A DNA stretch of 64,000 nt from Nitrospirota bacterium (GTDB lineage: Bacteria > Nitrospirota > Nitrospiria > Nitrospirales > Nitrospiraceae). Below are positions 1 to 11,044 of this stretch, piece after piece. Positions within the stretch are counted from its first letter, which is position 1. Every line of letters starts with the position of its first letter. Location of the stretch: NCBI GenBank assembly GCA_963701855.1, contig CAVPBK010000006.1, forward strand, positions 224,001 to 288,000. The letters are read 5' to 3'. The notes beneath the pieces were generated by a model. The model saw nothing but the letters and a program-made list of their open reading frames with translations. It was not told the origin of the DNA and ran no database searches. The translations under genes were made by a program, and so were the position numbers.

Positions 1-506
1 ATCTTCTTGGCCTGCACGTCCGTCGATCGAATCGACTCGCGGGCGACTGCAACCCGTCCGGTACGTGTGAGCTCTTTGATTCCGAGGGGCTGCAGCAGAT
101 TGATGATCGCTTCGATTTTTCGAGGGTCTCCGGTCACCTCGATCGTGTACGTAGTCGGCGTGGAGTCGATGACGTTGGCCCGGAAAATATCGGCGATCCG
201 CAACGCTTCCGCCCGATCTTCCGTCCGCGTATGCACCTTGATGAGCGCCGTCTCCCGCGAAACAAAATCGCTCTCGTTCAGATCCACAACCTTAATAACG
301 TCGATCAATTTATTGAGCTGTTTCACGATCTGCTCGATGATCCGCTCGTCTCCGGATGTGACAATGGTCATCTGCGACATGGACGGATCAAGCGTCGGCG
401 CCACCGAGAGACTTTCGATGTTGAATCCTCGACCGCTGAATAGGCCGGCGATGCGAGATAACGACCCAAACTTGTTCTCGACGGTTACAGAAATAATATG
501 TTCCAT
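1..506 (-). CDS. ilvN: Acetolactate synthase small (regulatory) subunit, 3' end truncated by window edge
   Basis: Not in ORF track. Manual translation from ATG at 506 gives [35 protein letters not shown]..., an ACT domain; directly downstream of ilvB. Confidence 0.93.
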   Translation of the reverse strand, partial: MEHIISVTVENKFGSLSRIAGLFSGRGFNIESLSVAPTLDPSMSQMTIVTSGDERIIEQIVKQLNKLIDVIKVVDLNESDFVSRETALIKVHTRTEDRAEALRIADIFRANVIDSTPTTYTIEVTGDPRKIEAIINLLQPLGIKELTRTGRVAVARESIRSTDVQAKK

Positions 507-532
507 GCCCGCGCGACTCCTGCCATCGTCGA

Positions 533-2308
533 TTATGCCGTAAGGATCGTGTCTGAATCTTTCGAAGCCACTTGCCCAGCTCCAGGCTGCTTGTTTTTCA
601 AAGCCGGAGGATCTTCCAAAATCATCTCATGGTTGCAGCCGCCCGCGGGAATCATGGGATAGACGTTTTCATACGGATACGTCGGCACATCGACAATAAC
701 TGGTTTATTCACCGCGATTGCTTCCTTAAGGACGGCATCGATCTCAGATGGCTTGCTGGCCCTGAGCCCGATCGCTCCGTACGCCTCCGCCAACTTGACA
801 AAGTCCGGCGTCGTCTCCAGATAACTCGAGGCATATCGTCCCTCGTAGAAGAGATCCTGCCATTGCCTGACCATCCCATGGAATCGGTTGTTCAAAATGA
901 TGATCTTCACCGGCAGCTTATGCACCACCGCCGTTGCCATTTCTTGCATGTTCATCTGGATACTGCCATCGCCCGCGATGCAGAGAACTAACCGTCCTGG
1001 AAACGCCGCCTGCGCTCCCATGGCGGCGGGAAATCCGAACCCCATGGTCCCAAGGCCCCCCGAGGTTAGCCAGCGATTCGGCTTCGCCAGCTTAAAGTAT
1101 TGGGCAGCCCACATTTGGTGCTGCCCAACATCGGTCGACACGATCGGATCCCGATCTTTCGTGAGGTCATAAAGCCGACTGATGACATACTGCGGTTTGA
1201 TCGGCCCATCTGCCTCTTGTTGATATGCCAGAGGATTTGCCTGTTGCCATTCGCGAATCTGATTCCACCAGGGCTTTCGCAATTCCCGTTGATCGCCGTT
1301 CACCGTGGCACGAAGAATCTGAATCAACTCACGAAGCACCATCTTGCAGTCGCCGACAATCGGAATGTCGACATTGACATTCTTCCGTATCGAGGTCGGG
1401 TCTATATCGATGTGGATAACCTTGGCGTGGGGGCAAAACTCGGAGACCTTTCCAGTCACGCGATCGTCAAACCGCGCTCCGATGGCCACCACAAGATCGG
1501 AATAGTGCATGACCATATTCGCCCAATAAGTACCATGCATCCCCAACATGCCCATGGACTGGGGGTGTTCGCCGGGGAAGGCACCCAACCCCATTAACGT
1601 CATGTCGACCGGCATATGAGTCAGTTCAGCCAACTCCATCAATTCTTGCGACGCCCCCGAGAAGATGACACCGCCACCGACATACAGCACCGGCTTCTTT
1701 GCCTTCGTCATGGCCTCAGCCGCTTGCTTGATCTGCCACTTATTCCCTTCGTACACTGGATTGTAGCTACGGATAGAGATGGAACTCGGATAGACAAATT
1801 CCGCTTTCTCCATGGATACGTCTTTCGGAATATCCACCAGCACAGGGCCTGGACGCCCCGTTGTCGCAATGTAGAATGCCTCTTTGATTGTGATCGCCAG
1901 ATCTTTCACATCCTTCACCAGGAAGTTGTATTTGGTGCAGGGACGACTCAATCCCATGTTATCCGCTTCCTGGAACGCATCATTCCCAATCAGGCTGGTG
2001 GGAACTTGTCCACTAAAACAGACTAGGGGCACAGAGTCCATGTAGGCATCCGCCAACGCCGTGATGACGTTCGTCATGCCGGGTCCGGAGGTCACAAGAC
2101 ACACCCCAGCTTTACCCGTCGCCTTGGCATAACCTTCCGCCATGTGGCCCGCTCCCTGTTCATGGCGAGTCAGAACCACTTCAATATCCTTCTGCTGATG
2201 AAGCATGTCAAAAATCTTAAGAACGACACCACCAGGAAGCGCAAAAATCGTCTTTACGCCTTCCCGTTTGAGGCATTCGATGAGGATCTCAGCACCTGTG
2301 AGCTTCAT
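533..2308 (-). CDS. ilvB: Acetolactate synthase large subunit, biosynthetic type
   Basis: [35 protein letters not shown] and TPP motif GDGS...NN; start MKLTGAE after GGAGG. Confidence 0.97.
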   Translation of the reverse strand: MKLTGAEILIECLKREGVKTIFALPGGVVLKIFDMLHQQKDIEVVLTRHEQGAGHMAEGYAKATGKAGVCLVTSGPGMTNVITALADAYMDSVPLVCFSGQVPTSLIGNDAFQEADNMGLSRPCTKYNFLVKDVKDLAITIKEAFYIATTGRPGPVLVDIPKDVSMEKAEFVYPSSISIRSYNPVYEGNKWQIKQAAEAMTKAKKPVLYVGGGVIFSGASQELMELAELTHMPVDMTLMGLGAFPGEHPQSMGMLGMHGTYWANMVMHYSDLVVAIGARFDDRVTGKVSEFCPHAKVIHIDIDPTSIRKNVNVDIPIVGDCKMVLRELIQILRATVNGDQRELRKPWWNQIREWQQANPLAYQQEADGPIKPQYVISRLYDLTKDRDPIVSTDVGQHQMWAAQYFKLAKPNRWLTSGGLGTMGFGFPAAMGAQAAFPGRLVLCIAGDGSIQMNMQEMATAVVHKLPVKIIILNNRFHGMVRQWQDLFYEGRYASSYLETTPDFVKLAEAYGAIGLRASKPSEIDAVLKEAIAVNKPVIVDVPTYPYENVYPMIPAGGCNHEMILEDPPALKNKQPGAGQVASKDSDTILTA

Positions 2309-2589
2309 GACGGAACCTCCCTCCATACCACCGGTGAAAACCCGGCAGAGGAGTCAGCACAATCAAAGTAGGCTACGCTGCAGCTCGTCAAAGCTTAGAC
2401 GAGATATGACTCTCACGACTGTTCAGAACATTCTGAAAAATCAGGGAGAAATATAAATATGTGTGATCCTATCACCACGCGTTTCAACGCGTCAATAGTA
2501 GGGCCGGTCTGAGAACCTCCTTCCCTGACAGTCTGCCTTAGCACATGATATCTTCAGCACTCCAACTCATTTGCCTGGATCGCGCTTCC

Positions 2590-2898
2590 ATGAGCATGCC
2601 TATCCGTGTGACCATCCTGTCTCGTGAAAATTGCCATCTATGCGATGTCGTCTACCAAATTGCCACTCATCTTCAGTCGGAGCTACACATCGAAACAAGC
2701 AAGCTGCCTATCGACGGTGACAGTAGCCTGATGAAGCGCTATGGAATGAAGGTTCCCGTCGTTCTTCTCGATGAGATCGAGCACTTCGCAGGAATAGTGA
2801 CCGAAGAAGAACTACGTCGAGCGATAAAAAAAGCGCGGTGGAGAAGACCGATAAGCCGGATTCTGTCCCGCCTGGGATATGCTCTCAAGCGGGGGTGA
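2590..2898 (+). CDS. Glutaredoxin-like small thioredoxin-fold protein
   Basis: CHLC (CxxC) motif near N-terminus and VPV cis-Pro motif; start uncertain; 3' end overlaps rnpB on the opposite strand. Confidence 0.7.
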   Translation: MSMPIRVTILSRENCHLCDVVYQIATHLQSELHIETSKLPIDGDSSLMKRYGMKVPVVLLDEIEHFAGIVTEEELRRAIKKARWRRPISRILSRLGYALKRG

Positions 2899-3270
2899 TC
2901 ATTTCTCTGGGATTCGAGTTACCTCGAACCTCAAGCGACCTACCCGGAGACCTCGGCTGGGCCAGCCGGTCGCCGACCTCCCGAAGAAAGCCGGCAGGTA
3001 TCTCCCTATTTGGCCTTGCATCGGGCGACGCTTACCTTGCCGGTGATGTCGCCACCACTGCGGTGGGCTCTTACCCCACCGTTTCACCCTTACCTGAGCC
3101 ATGGTAACCGGATTGGAGTCCTGCAGCCTTGGCCATCGGCGGTCTGTTCTCTGTGGTGCTGGTGTCGGATCGCTCCGCCTGGGAATTACCCAGCGCCCTG
3201 CCCATGAAGTCCGGACTTTCCTCTCAGAGCGTTACCGCTCCAAGCGATCACCCAGTCTTCTCCCTCGCGC
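2833..3270 (-). ncRNA. rnpB: RNase P RNA, bacterial type A
   Basis: Minus strand has GAGGAAAGTCCGGAC (about 3208-3222), GGGTAAGAGCCCACC, GCAAGGCCAAATAG and ACAGAATCCGGCTTAT (about 2851-2866); ends pair as P1 (GGAGAAGAC/GTCTTCTCC). Confidence 0.96.
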
Positions 3271-3276
3271 CAGACT

Positions 3277-3305
3277 ACTATAGGATGGGATGTGCGCACT
3301 TTCAA
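3277..3305 (-). promoter_or_regulatory. Sigma70 promoter of rnpB
   Basis: TTGAAA-17 nt-TATAGT on the minus strand, ending about 7 nt before the rnpB 5' end. Confidence 0.65.
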
Positions 3306-3328
3306 GGACGCACCACGAATGCCTCGAC

Positions 3329-4207
3329 TTACTGCATGGGCGGCAACAACGCCGCAGGCACAGGCGACTTGGCCTGATAAATGACCATGGCCTCCGGCAT
3401 CAATTTTTCGAGCTGCTCAATCCTCGTTTCATGACCCGGATGGGTCGACAAGAACTTCGACGGCCCCTTACCACCGGACACCTGTTCCATTCGTTCCCAA
3501 AGATGAACTGACTCGCGCGGATCGTACCCCGCATCGGCTGCGAGCAAGATTCCGATATAGTCCGCTTCTGATTCATGCTTCCGGCTGAAGGGCAGCAGCA
3601 CACCAACCTGAACACCGGCTCCGAGGGCCGCCATCGCAGCCTGCCCTAACTTGGCATTGTCTCCCGCCGTTCCGGCAACCGTTCAAAGAACTTGGAACGT
3701 CACATTCGTAAGTTGGCCTTGGCTCATCCGCTCGGCACCGTGGCGAGCCAACGCATGGGTTACCTCATGCCCTAAAACCGCAGCCAACCCCGCCTCTGTC
3801 TTTGCAACCGAAAAAATCCCCGTATACACTGCGACCTTCCCCCCAGGAAGTGCAAATGCATTCATCGTCTTGTCATCTTTGATAACCGTCACTTCCCATT
3901 GAAATTGGTTTGCCACCTCAGCATATTTTGATCGTTTTGCTGCTTCGATGATGCGAGCAGCCACACGTCGGACCGGCTCAACTTCTCGCGGATCCTGCGG
4001 CTGGTGCATTTTCGGATCGTTTTTGACTTGACGATAAGCCTGCGCTCCCATCTGCATCTCTTGGTCGACCGATGTCATCAACAACTGCGACCGTCCCGTG
4101 TAAGGATTTGTCTCGCATCCGGATAGTCCTGCAAGACCAACCGCCATGACCAGCACTAATGCCGATTGCGAGGACTTCGTGAACTTGTCCATCACGCCCC
4201 CTCTCAT
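3329..4207 (-). pseudogene. M48-family zinc metallopeptidase lipoprotein with an in-frame TGA at 3683-3685
   Basis: Lipobox-like LSGC, NAFALPGG, HEVTH (HExxH); downstream ESEADYIG and FLSTHP are in the same frame after the stop (...FQVL*TVAGTAGD...). Confidence 0.85.
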
Positions 4208-4311
4208 TTCAACGCTCGCTTCTTGAAATTTTCGACAAATTGACCGACCTGCGAAGCTCTGTTAGGTTACCCCCCTCATTCAGAATCATCTATCAGATGA
4301 GCTCCTAGCCT

Positions 4312-4974
4312 GTGACCAAAACAACAGAAATAATACGGGTGGAGCGAATTGGCATTGATGAGTCCGGCAAAGGAGACTATTTTGGACCTCTGGTCATCGC
4401 CGCTGTCTTCGTCGACGCTACCACCCAGAACGAATTGGCTCTCATGAATGTTCGGGACAGCAAGAAAATATCAGACAGCCGTATTCTTGAGATGGCACCC
4501 GACATTCGAATGCTGTGTCCCCATAGCATTATTGCAATTGGTCCACAACGATACAACGAACTGTACGCGAAGATCCGAAACTTGAATCGCCTGCTGGCCT
4601 GGGGCCATGCCAAGGCCCTAGAAACTCTGCTGGAAAAGGTCTCGTGCGGGCGGGCGATCGCGGATCAGTTCGGCGATGAACGGTTGATTCTGAATGCACT
4701 ACAGGAGAAGGGACGCACGATCGTATTGGAGCAACGGCATAAGGCCGAATCCGATCTGGCTGTGGCTGCCGCCTCGATCCTGGCCCGTGCGGAATTCCTC
4801 TTGCGATTGAAGCGTCTTTCGGATGAGATCGGCACAACATTGCCCAAAGGGGCGTCACCCGCCGTTGAACTGGCCGGACGCATGATCGTGAAAAAGCATG
4901 GAGAGGAACGACTGGGGTCTGTCGCCAAACTGCACTTCAAAACAACTCAGGCCGTGTTGGGGAAAATAGACTAA
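4312..4974 (+). CDS. rnhC: Ribonuclease HIII, short form
   Basis: GIDESGKGDYFGPL, DSKK, AVAAASILAR and AKLHFKT motifs. Confidence 0.88.
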   Translation: MTKTTEIIRVERIGIDESGKGDYFGPLVIAAVFVDATTQNELALMNVRDSKKISDSRILEMAPDIRMLCPHSIIAIGPQRYNELYAKIRNLNRLLAWGHAKALETLLEKVSCGRAIADQFGDERLILNALQEKGRTIVLEQRHKAESDLAVAAASILARAEFLLRLKRLSDEIGTTLPKGASPAVELAGRMIVKKHGEERLGSVAKLHFKTTQAVLGKID

Positions 4975-5747
4975 ACCGACTCACCGATCTCAAGGATCGA
5001 CGTCTTATCGAGATCTGAGCGAGGCGTGGATTCGACAGAAATTTGCCCATCCCAGTAGAGCATCCGACGACAGTATGGGCAGGTGTGGAGATCTTGCGCG
5101 CGCTTGACTTCCGAAATCAGTTGCGGAGGAAGTTGCAGACGGCACCCGGAACAGTTCCCCTCTTTGATTTCAGCGAGCGCGTGATCCTTGCGTGAAGCTT
5201 TGATCGAGTTGTAGCGACTGAGCAACCCTTTCTCGATATGAACCGAATGAGCTTGCTGCCGTGCTTCAAGATCGGTCAGTTCCGTTGAGAGTGTGCGCTC
5301 CAGCTCATCGAGCGCCTGCTTTTCCTTCGTAAAGGTTTTTTCGATGGCCCTGAGCTTCTCTTGCGCTTCTTTTGCTGTCTGCTGTAGTCGTTCGACCTTC
5401 TCCATACACAGCAAAATCTTCTCCTCGATATCCCCTCTCTTCTTATTGGCGACCTCGATCTCGAACAGATGAGCTTGGTATTCCTTGTTGGATTTCAGCT
5501 CGGACAACCGTGATTTCATTTTCTCAGTGTGCGCTTCATGCGCTTCAAGATCCTGTTCGTGTGACCGTCGCTCTTTGATGAGAGTCTCCACTGAAGTACT
5601 GGTCTGTTGATGAAGCTGCCGGGCCTCTCGAAGCGGGGCGTCAACGGCTTGAAGCCGCTCTGGAATTTTTCGGCGTTGGTCCTTGATCTCCGCGATGCGG
5701 AGATCAAGCTTCTGCAGTTCGATAAGGGGGGAAAGATTCTGGTTCAA
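4971..5747 (-). CDS. Coiled-coil protein with C4-type zinc ribbon (DUF164-like)
   Basis: Long coiled coil then CSGC...CPYC; TTG start at 5747 preceded by AGGAG. Confidence 0.85.
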   Translation of the reverse strand: MNQNLSPLIELQKLDLRIAEIKDQRRKIPERLQAVDAPLREARQLHQQTSTSVETLIKERRSHEQDLEAHEAHTEKMKSRLSELKSNKEYQAHLFEIEVANKKRGDIEEKILLCMEKVERLQQTAKEAQEKLRAIEKTFTKEKQALDELERTLSTELTDLEARQQAHSVHIEKGLLSRYNSIKASRKDHALAEIKEGNCSGCRLQLPPQLISEVKRAQDLHTCPYCRRMLYWDGQISVESTPRSDLDKTSILEIGESV

Positions 5748-5807
5748 CGCACTCCTATTGCTGATTTTCCGAACAACGATCTCAAACGATGAGTTCCGCA
5801 GCTGCGC

Positions 5808-5884
5808 TGGTGGGCCCACTAGGACTTGAACCTAGGACCAGCTGATTATGAGTCAGCCGCTCTAACCACCTGAGCTATGGGCCC
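5808..5884 (-). tRNA. tRNA with CAT anticodon, most likely tRNA-Ile2 (lysidine type)
   Basis: GGGCCCATAGCTCAG...GCTGA-CT-CAT-AA-TCAGC...GTTCAAGTCC...GGGCCCACCA; paired G1 and no GGG/CCC anticodon stem, so not an initiator tRNA; lies just downstream of rpoD. Confidence 0.9.
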
Positions 5885-5989
5885 GATCAGGCGGATGACT
5901 CTCTCGTGCCTGCCTCGCAGGCACGAACAGCTGATTTTAGGCTGCCCAGAACGGGGAGTCAAATCCCAATGGGAACGCTCCATGGCGCA

Positions 5990-7831
5990 TCACAGACTTT
6001 CCACGAAACTGCGCAGTTTCTTGCTCCGGCTCGGATGACGCAGCTTGCGCAAAGCCTTGGCTTCGATCTGCCGGATACGTTCGCGGGTTACTTCGAAATC
6101 CTGACCGACTTCTTCGAGCGTATGGTCGGTGGCTTCGCCGATGCCAAACCGTTTCCGCAGAACCTTCTCTTCCCGTGGTGTGAGCGTTTCCAATGCGCTG
6201 TTGATCTGGCGCTGGAGATCGTACCGAATCGCCGCCTCTAGAGGAGACACCGCCTTCTTGTCCTCGATAAAGTCGCCCAGATGGCTGTCTTCTTCTTCGC
6301 CGATCGGGGTCTCTAGAGAAATCGGCTCGCGTGCGATTTTCAAAATCTTCCGCACTTTGTCGAGCGGCAGATCCATGCGCTCGGCAATTTCTTCCGGTGT
6401 CGGTTCGCGTCCGAGTTTCTGGACAAGATGGCGGGAAGTTCGGATCAGCTTGTTGATCGTTTCAATCATATGCACGGGGATACGGATCGTCCGGGCTTGA
6501 TCAGCGATCGCACGAGTAATCGCTTGGCGGATCCACCAGGTGGCATAGGTACTGAACTTGTAACCACGCTTGTACTCGAACTTATCGACGGCCTTCATCA
6601 GACCGATATTACCTTCCTGGATCAAATCGAGGAACTGGAGACCGCGGTTCGTATACTTCTTGGCGATACTGACGACGAGGCGAAGATTCGCCTCGACCAG
6701 CTCGGCTTTCCCGCGCTTGACTTTGTCCTCCGCCACATCCAGATGCTTGACCGCATCTTTAATCTCTTCCGCGGATACGAGGGCCTCTTCGGTCTCAAGT
6801 GTTCGAATCCGGCCCTTCGCTGCCTGATAGACCTTTTTTATATCGCTGAGCGCCTCCTCCGAGCAGCTCGTCTTGCGTTTGACAGCGAGGAAATCTTTCC
6901 GATCGCGGCAAAGCTTCTTGAGGGCTTCCGCACCTGCCTCACCGCTAATCCCAAGCCGTCGCTGACAACTCACAATCTCCCGCTCCGCCGTCCGGATCTG
7001 AATCGCCAACTCCCGCACACGCTGCACCATCCGATCCTTGAGCACGCCATGCAGATTGACGGACTCCATCTTCTCTACAACCTGATCGCGAATCGTATCG
7101 ATCTGCTTCTTGATCTTCTTCTGCTTCACAGGATCGCTGTTGGCATGCCGGGCCACTTCATAGAGACTCTTGAGCGAGGTCGAGATTTTTCGGACGGAAT
7201 TCAGCCCTTCGAGAGTCTTCACCCGGAGCTCTTCATAGTCCCGCTGGATTTGCTCTTCTTCGAACTCCTCTTCAGTCTCAACGATCGGGACGATCTCACG
7301 CACATCAATGGTCCCGTTCTTGAGCTGATCGTACAAGGCGAGAACAAACTCAATCGTCATCGGCATTCCATAGATGACCGAGGCGATATCCTTCTTCCCT
7401 TCTTCGATGCGTTTCGCGATCTCGATTTCGCCTTCACGACTTAACAGCGCCACACTTCCCATCTCTTTGAGATAGAGTCGGACCGGGTCGTCGGTCCGGC
7501 TAAGTGCGCCGGGAGTTAAATCAATCTCCTTCTCTTCCTTTTCCTCCTTCTCATTTTCCTCCCCGGAACCGGCAGCGGTTTCGACCTCAGCCTCCTCAGC
7601 GTCCTCATTTGAGTCTTCGCTGTCCCGGGCTTTCTTAATCCGTTCCCCCTCTGGCGCATCGACAATCTCGATGTCCATTTCGCCGAACATCGTCATGATG
7701 CTGCCGAACTGCTCTGAGGACACTACTTCCGCAGGTAACGTGCTATTCAGCTCGTCATACGTCAAAAAGCCCTTTTCTTTCCCCATGGAGATCAGCTTTT
7801 TCACTTCGCCGAGCAACTCTGGTTTCGCCAT
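5990..7831 (-). CDS. rpoD: RNA polymerase primary sigma factor
   Basis: Region 1.1, [54 protein letters not shown]. Confidence 0.98.
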   Translation of the reverse strand: MAKPELLGEVKKLISMGKEKGFLTYDELNSTLPAEVVSSEQFGSIMTMFGEMDIEIVDAPEGERIKKARDSEDSNEDAEEAEVETAAGSGEENEKEEKEEKEIDLTPGALSRTDDPVRLYLKEMGSVALLSREGEIEIAKRIEEGKKDIASVIYGMPMTIEFVLALYDQLKNGTIDVREIVPIVETEEEFEEEQIQRDYEELRVKTLEGLNSVRKISTSLKSLYEVARHANSDPVKQKKIKKQIDTIRDQVVEKMESVNLHGVLKDRMVQRVRELAIQIRTAEREIVSCQRRLGISGEAGAEALKKLCRDRKDFLAVKRKTSCSEEALSDIKKVYQAAKGRIRTLETEEALVSAEEIKDAVKHLDVAEDKVKRGKAELVEANLRLVVSIAKKYTNRGLQFLDLIQEGNIGLMKAVDKFEYKRGYKFSTYATWWIRQAITRAIADQARTIRIPVHMIETINKLIRTSRHLVQKLGREPTPEEIAERMDLPLDKVRKILKIAREPISLETPIGEEEDSHLGDFIEDKKAVSPLEAAIRYDLQRQINSALETLTPREEKVLRKRFGIGEATDHTLEEVGQDFEVTRERIRQIEAKALRKLRHPSRSKKLRSFVESL

Positions 7832-7833
7832 GA

Positions 7834-9649
7834 CTACTCCTTCACTAAAGACAACATTCCGGTGGAGGACCGACCGGCCTTGTGCATTCGCAATTCATTC
7901 ACTTGGGCGTTCAACATCCGCGCATCCTCCAGACGGCCATCCCGTTCGGCGGCCTTGAGTCGTGCGATCAGATCACGAAACACGGCCTCGGTTCGCTTCC
8001 GATCCAACGTCTCTAAGCACCCCGTGATGTGAGCTCTCACGTCGTCAAAATGGTCTTCTCGCAGAGACAGCTCGGTCGCGAGCGACCCGCAATCCTGGTG
8101 ATCCACGACCGCATCCAACAATGATCTGAGCCCGACTCGGCCGTCTCGATCAAGGTGTTTCAGCGCCACTTCAACGAGAGACCGACAGGCCGGAACCGAG
8201 AAGGCCTCGGACTTCAGTCGTTGCACATCTGCAGGCGTCAGGTGCCCGTGCAGCAGCAAGTACACCAGATCCCGCTCTTCGCTCACACCCTTGAATGTCG
8301 CCGGCGGAAGGGTGGCCGATTGAGCGGACGCCGGTCGAACGTCCCTCCGACTGTACCAGCGCTGGATACCGTTCGATCAACCGTTGCTGGTTGACCCCCA
8401 GTCGTTCTGCAACCACGCGAATCCGTTCTTCTCGTTCGATCGGATGTTCGCTCTTTTGCAAAATCCGCAGCACATCGTCCACGCTGCGGATACGCCCTTC
8501 GATCGTACTGGACTCCGCTGTGCTCAAACTATGCTCAAGGGCAAAATCCAAGAGGCTCGGAGCCTGCTCTTCCAAACGCGCAAAGGCATTCGGCCCTTCC
8601 TTCCGCACATAAGTATCGGGATCCTCTCCGTCCGGCAGCGTAACGACTTTCACACCAATCCCACTGTTCACAAACAGATCGAGCCCTCGCAGTGCGGCAC
8701 GGACCCCGGCCTGATCCGGATCGAACAACAGCACGACCTTCGAAGCAAAGCGTCTCAACACCTGAATATGCTCTGCCGTCAGTGCGGTCCCCAGCGTCGC
8801 AACCGTATGGGTCAGCCCAGCTTGATGAAGTGCGACCGCATCGAAGTATCCTTCCACCACAATCACGGTCTTCAGCCGAGCCACCGCTTCACGCGCCAGA
8901 TCCAACGCATAAAGCGTCTGCCCTTTCTTGAACAAGGGAGTATCCGGTGAGTTCAGGTACTTCGGAGTCCCCTCACCAAGGATACGCCCGCCAAACCCGA
9001 CGACCCTCTTGCGCAAATCCGTGATAGGAAACATCACGCGGGCGCGAAAACGATCATAGGCCCCGGAGGCATGTTCGCGCATTACCGTCAATCCAGCGGC
9101 GGCCAAATCACTCTGTGTAAAACTCTGCTTGCTCAGCGCCTTAATGAGCCCGTCCCACTCAACCGGCGCACAACCGATTTCAAATCGCTCGATCGTCCCA
9201 GCCTGAATGCCCCGGCCAGCCAGATAGTCTCGTGCTGTCGCACCAGTTACCCCATCCCGTAAATTCTGTTGAAACCACGCTGTCACCGCCCTATTAAGCG
9301 GTTCAAGACAACTCGCCTGCGCCGCTTGTGGTCCCGCGCTCGGCCCGCTGTCCGGCACGTCAATCCCGAATTTCTGTCCGAGTTCACGGACTGTCTCAGG
9401 AAAATTCGCGCCAGTGATCCGCATCAAAAACGTAAACACGTTGCCGCCCGCGCCGCATCCGAAACAATGAAAAATCTGGCGGGAAGGACTGACCGTAAAG
9501 GAGGGCGATTTTTCCTGATGGAAGGGACAGAGCCCCTTCAGGTTCTGGCCGGCCCTGGTCAAGCTTACATGATGTCCGATCACCTCGGTGATATCGACCC
9601 GGTCCCTGACTTGATTGATCACGTCTTCAGAAATCAGACCTCGGCCCAC
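7834..9649 (-). CDS. dnaG: DNA primase, split by an apparent frameshift at about 8290-8370 (ORFs 8171-9649 and 7834-8286)
   Basis: CHC2 zinc finger CPFH...CFGC, KYLNSP, TOPRIM EGYFD and DPD; C-terminal helical domain is in a different frame; dnaG-rpoD synteny. Confidence 0.93.
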
Positions 9650-9770
9650 GGGAGTAGCGGCTCCTATTTCCCCACCTGGCACCGGCGAGAAAGGTAAACG
9701 TAAGTGGTCGTAAAATAGACCGATTAGGGTAACAGACGGAAAAGAAACCTGTCAATGTGCTGAAAAGGCA

Positions 9771-10053
9771 CTAGCAGGTTGAGGAAAACGATGGCGGCAC
9801 ACAGGAAATCCACTGGTCCACATGTCTGGGACAACGAGACGTGACTTCGCAGGAGGTTCAAAAAGTAGGACTTCTCACCCGCCCAAACCTGGCGACTATC
9901 ACCCGCCCGCCCCCGAGTCTGCCAAGACAGCTTTTTCGCCCAAGGACGCGCCTTTTCTCGAGCAAGGCCGCAATTCTGAGGCTGACCTTCGTTTCACAGA
10001 TCCTGGGAGCGAAGCGAGAACACCGCTGGTGGACTTTTTCAGCATCCTGCTAG
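9771..10053. mobile_element. MITE-like non-autonomous element with CTAG ends
   Basis: Left end CTAGCAGGTTGAGGAAAACG; right end (reverse complement) CTAGCAGGATGCTGAAAAAG; a third end-like copy GCAGGAGGTTCAAAAAG at about 9849; no transposase. Confidence 0.65.
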
Positions 10054-10394
10054 CCAGGAGGCCAGGAGAGATGGCGTCCGCCCAACACATGGAGATGAAG
10101 ATGGAATACACTCTGACCGCCATGAGCGCCGGTATTAACGACAAAGCGATACCCAGTATCGGCAATCCCCTTCTGTTTTGCGATCATATTGCCAGCCAAC
10201 ATCAGACGCCCGAGAAGTCCGACATCTGAATCTCGAAGCTCGGCAATCGAGGCCATATGTTTTCGGGGAATGACGAGCGTATGCGTCGGTGCCTGGGGGT
10301 TGATATCATCGAATGCTATTACCAAGTCGTCCTCGTAGACAAGTGCCGCTGGAATGGTCCTCGCGACGATTTTGCAAAAGAGGCATTCACTCAT
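10050..10394 (-). CDS. HIT family (Hint-like) nucleotide-binding protein
   Basis: MSECLFCKIV, DINPQAPTH, HLHLH histidine triad, C-terminal WPPG. Confidence 0.93.
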   Translation of the reverse strand: MSECLFCKIVARTIPAALVYEDDLVIAFDDINPQAPTHTLVIPRKHMASIAELRDSDVGLLGRLMLAGNMIAKQKGIADTGYRFVVNTGAHGGQSVFHLHLHVLGGRHLSWPPG

Positions 10395-11044
10395 GAGGTA
10401 GATCCTTTTCTCAAGCCCGACTTCCCGAACCGAGTCGCCAACTCCTGATAGACTTCTTGCGGCGTGATGCAGTGGTATCCCAACGCCACCAAGGTATGGA
10501 ACAACAGGTCCGCCGTTTCGTAAACAATTTCGTCTTTCTTCCCACCCTTCCCAGCAATCGCCACCTCGCCGGCTTCCTCCACGACTTTCTTCAATATCCG
10601 ATCGACCCCGCCCTCCAGCAGTTTGGAGGTATAGGACTCGCTCGAAGGCTGCTGCTTCCGCTCTTGGATCATCTGATAGAGACGTTCGAGAATTCCTCCC
10701 CAAGATTCGGACGTCTTCGTCTCCGGCGAATCCAGACGAGAAAAGAAGCAGGCCCGCTCTCCCGTGTGGCAGGTCGGACCAACCGGCTCAACTTTCACAA
10801 GAAGGGCATCGCCGTCACAATCGAGAAACAGATCTTTCAGCTGCAGCTTGTGGCCAGAGGTTCCACCCTTTTCCCACAGGGTCTGGCGTGATCGGCTCCA
10901 GAAGTGGACCGACTTCGTCTCGACAGTTTTCCGCAGTGCCTCCTGGTTCATGAAGGCCACCATCAGGACTGTGCCGTCCTGCCAATCCTGTACGACCGCC
11001 GGAATCAGCCCCTGCGCATCGAATTTTACTCGCCCCACATCCAT
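10391..11044 (-). CDS. hisIE: Bifunctional phosphoribosyl-AMP cyclohydrolase / phosphoribosyl-ATP pyrophosphatase
   Basis: FWSRSR, DCDGD, CHTG...C, KKVVEEAGE, ETADLLFH. Confidence 0.96.
   Translation of the reverse strand: MDVGRVKFDAQGLIPAVVQDWQDGTVLMVAFMNQEALRKTVETKSVHFWSRSRQTLWEKGGTSGHKLQLKDLFLDCDGDALLVKVEPVGPTCHTGERACFFSRLDSPETKTSESWGGILERLYQMIQERKQQPSSESYTSKLLEGGVDRILKKVVEEAGEVAIAGKGGKKDEIVYETADLLFHTLVALGYHCITPQEVYQELATRFGKSGLRKGSTS

Noticed and set aside
3683..3685. Selenocysteine or programmed read-through at the M48 TGA
   Set aside because: The position is not a catalytic Cys site and no SECIS-like hairpin is evident.
5808..5884. Initiator tRNA-fMet
   Set aside because: It has a paired first base pair and lacks the three consecutive G-C pairs in the anticodon stem.
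6428..7444. Long antisense ORFs over rpoD, and similar ones over rho, murA, porA and arc
   Set aside because: These are shadow frames of conserved genes in GC-rich DNA, with no motifs of their own.
9822..10229. ORFs within the 9.8-10.2 kb repeat
   Set aside because: They are translations of the MITE-like element and the HIT antisense strand.
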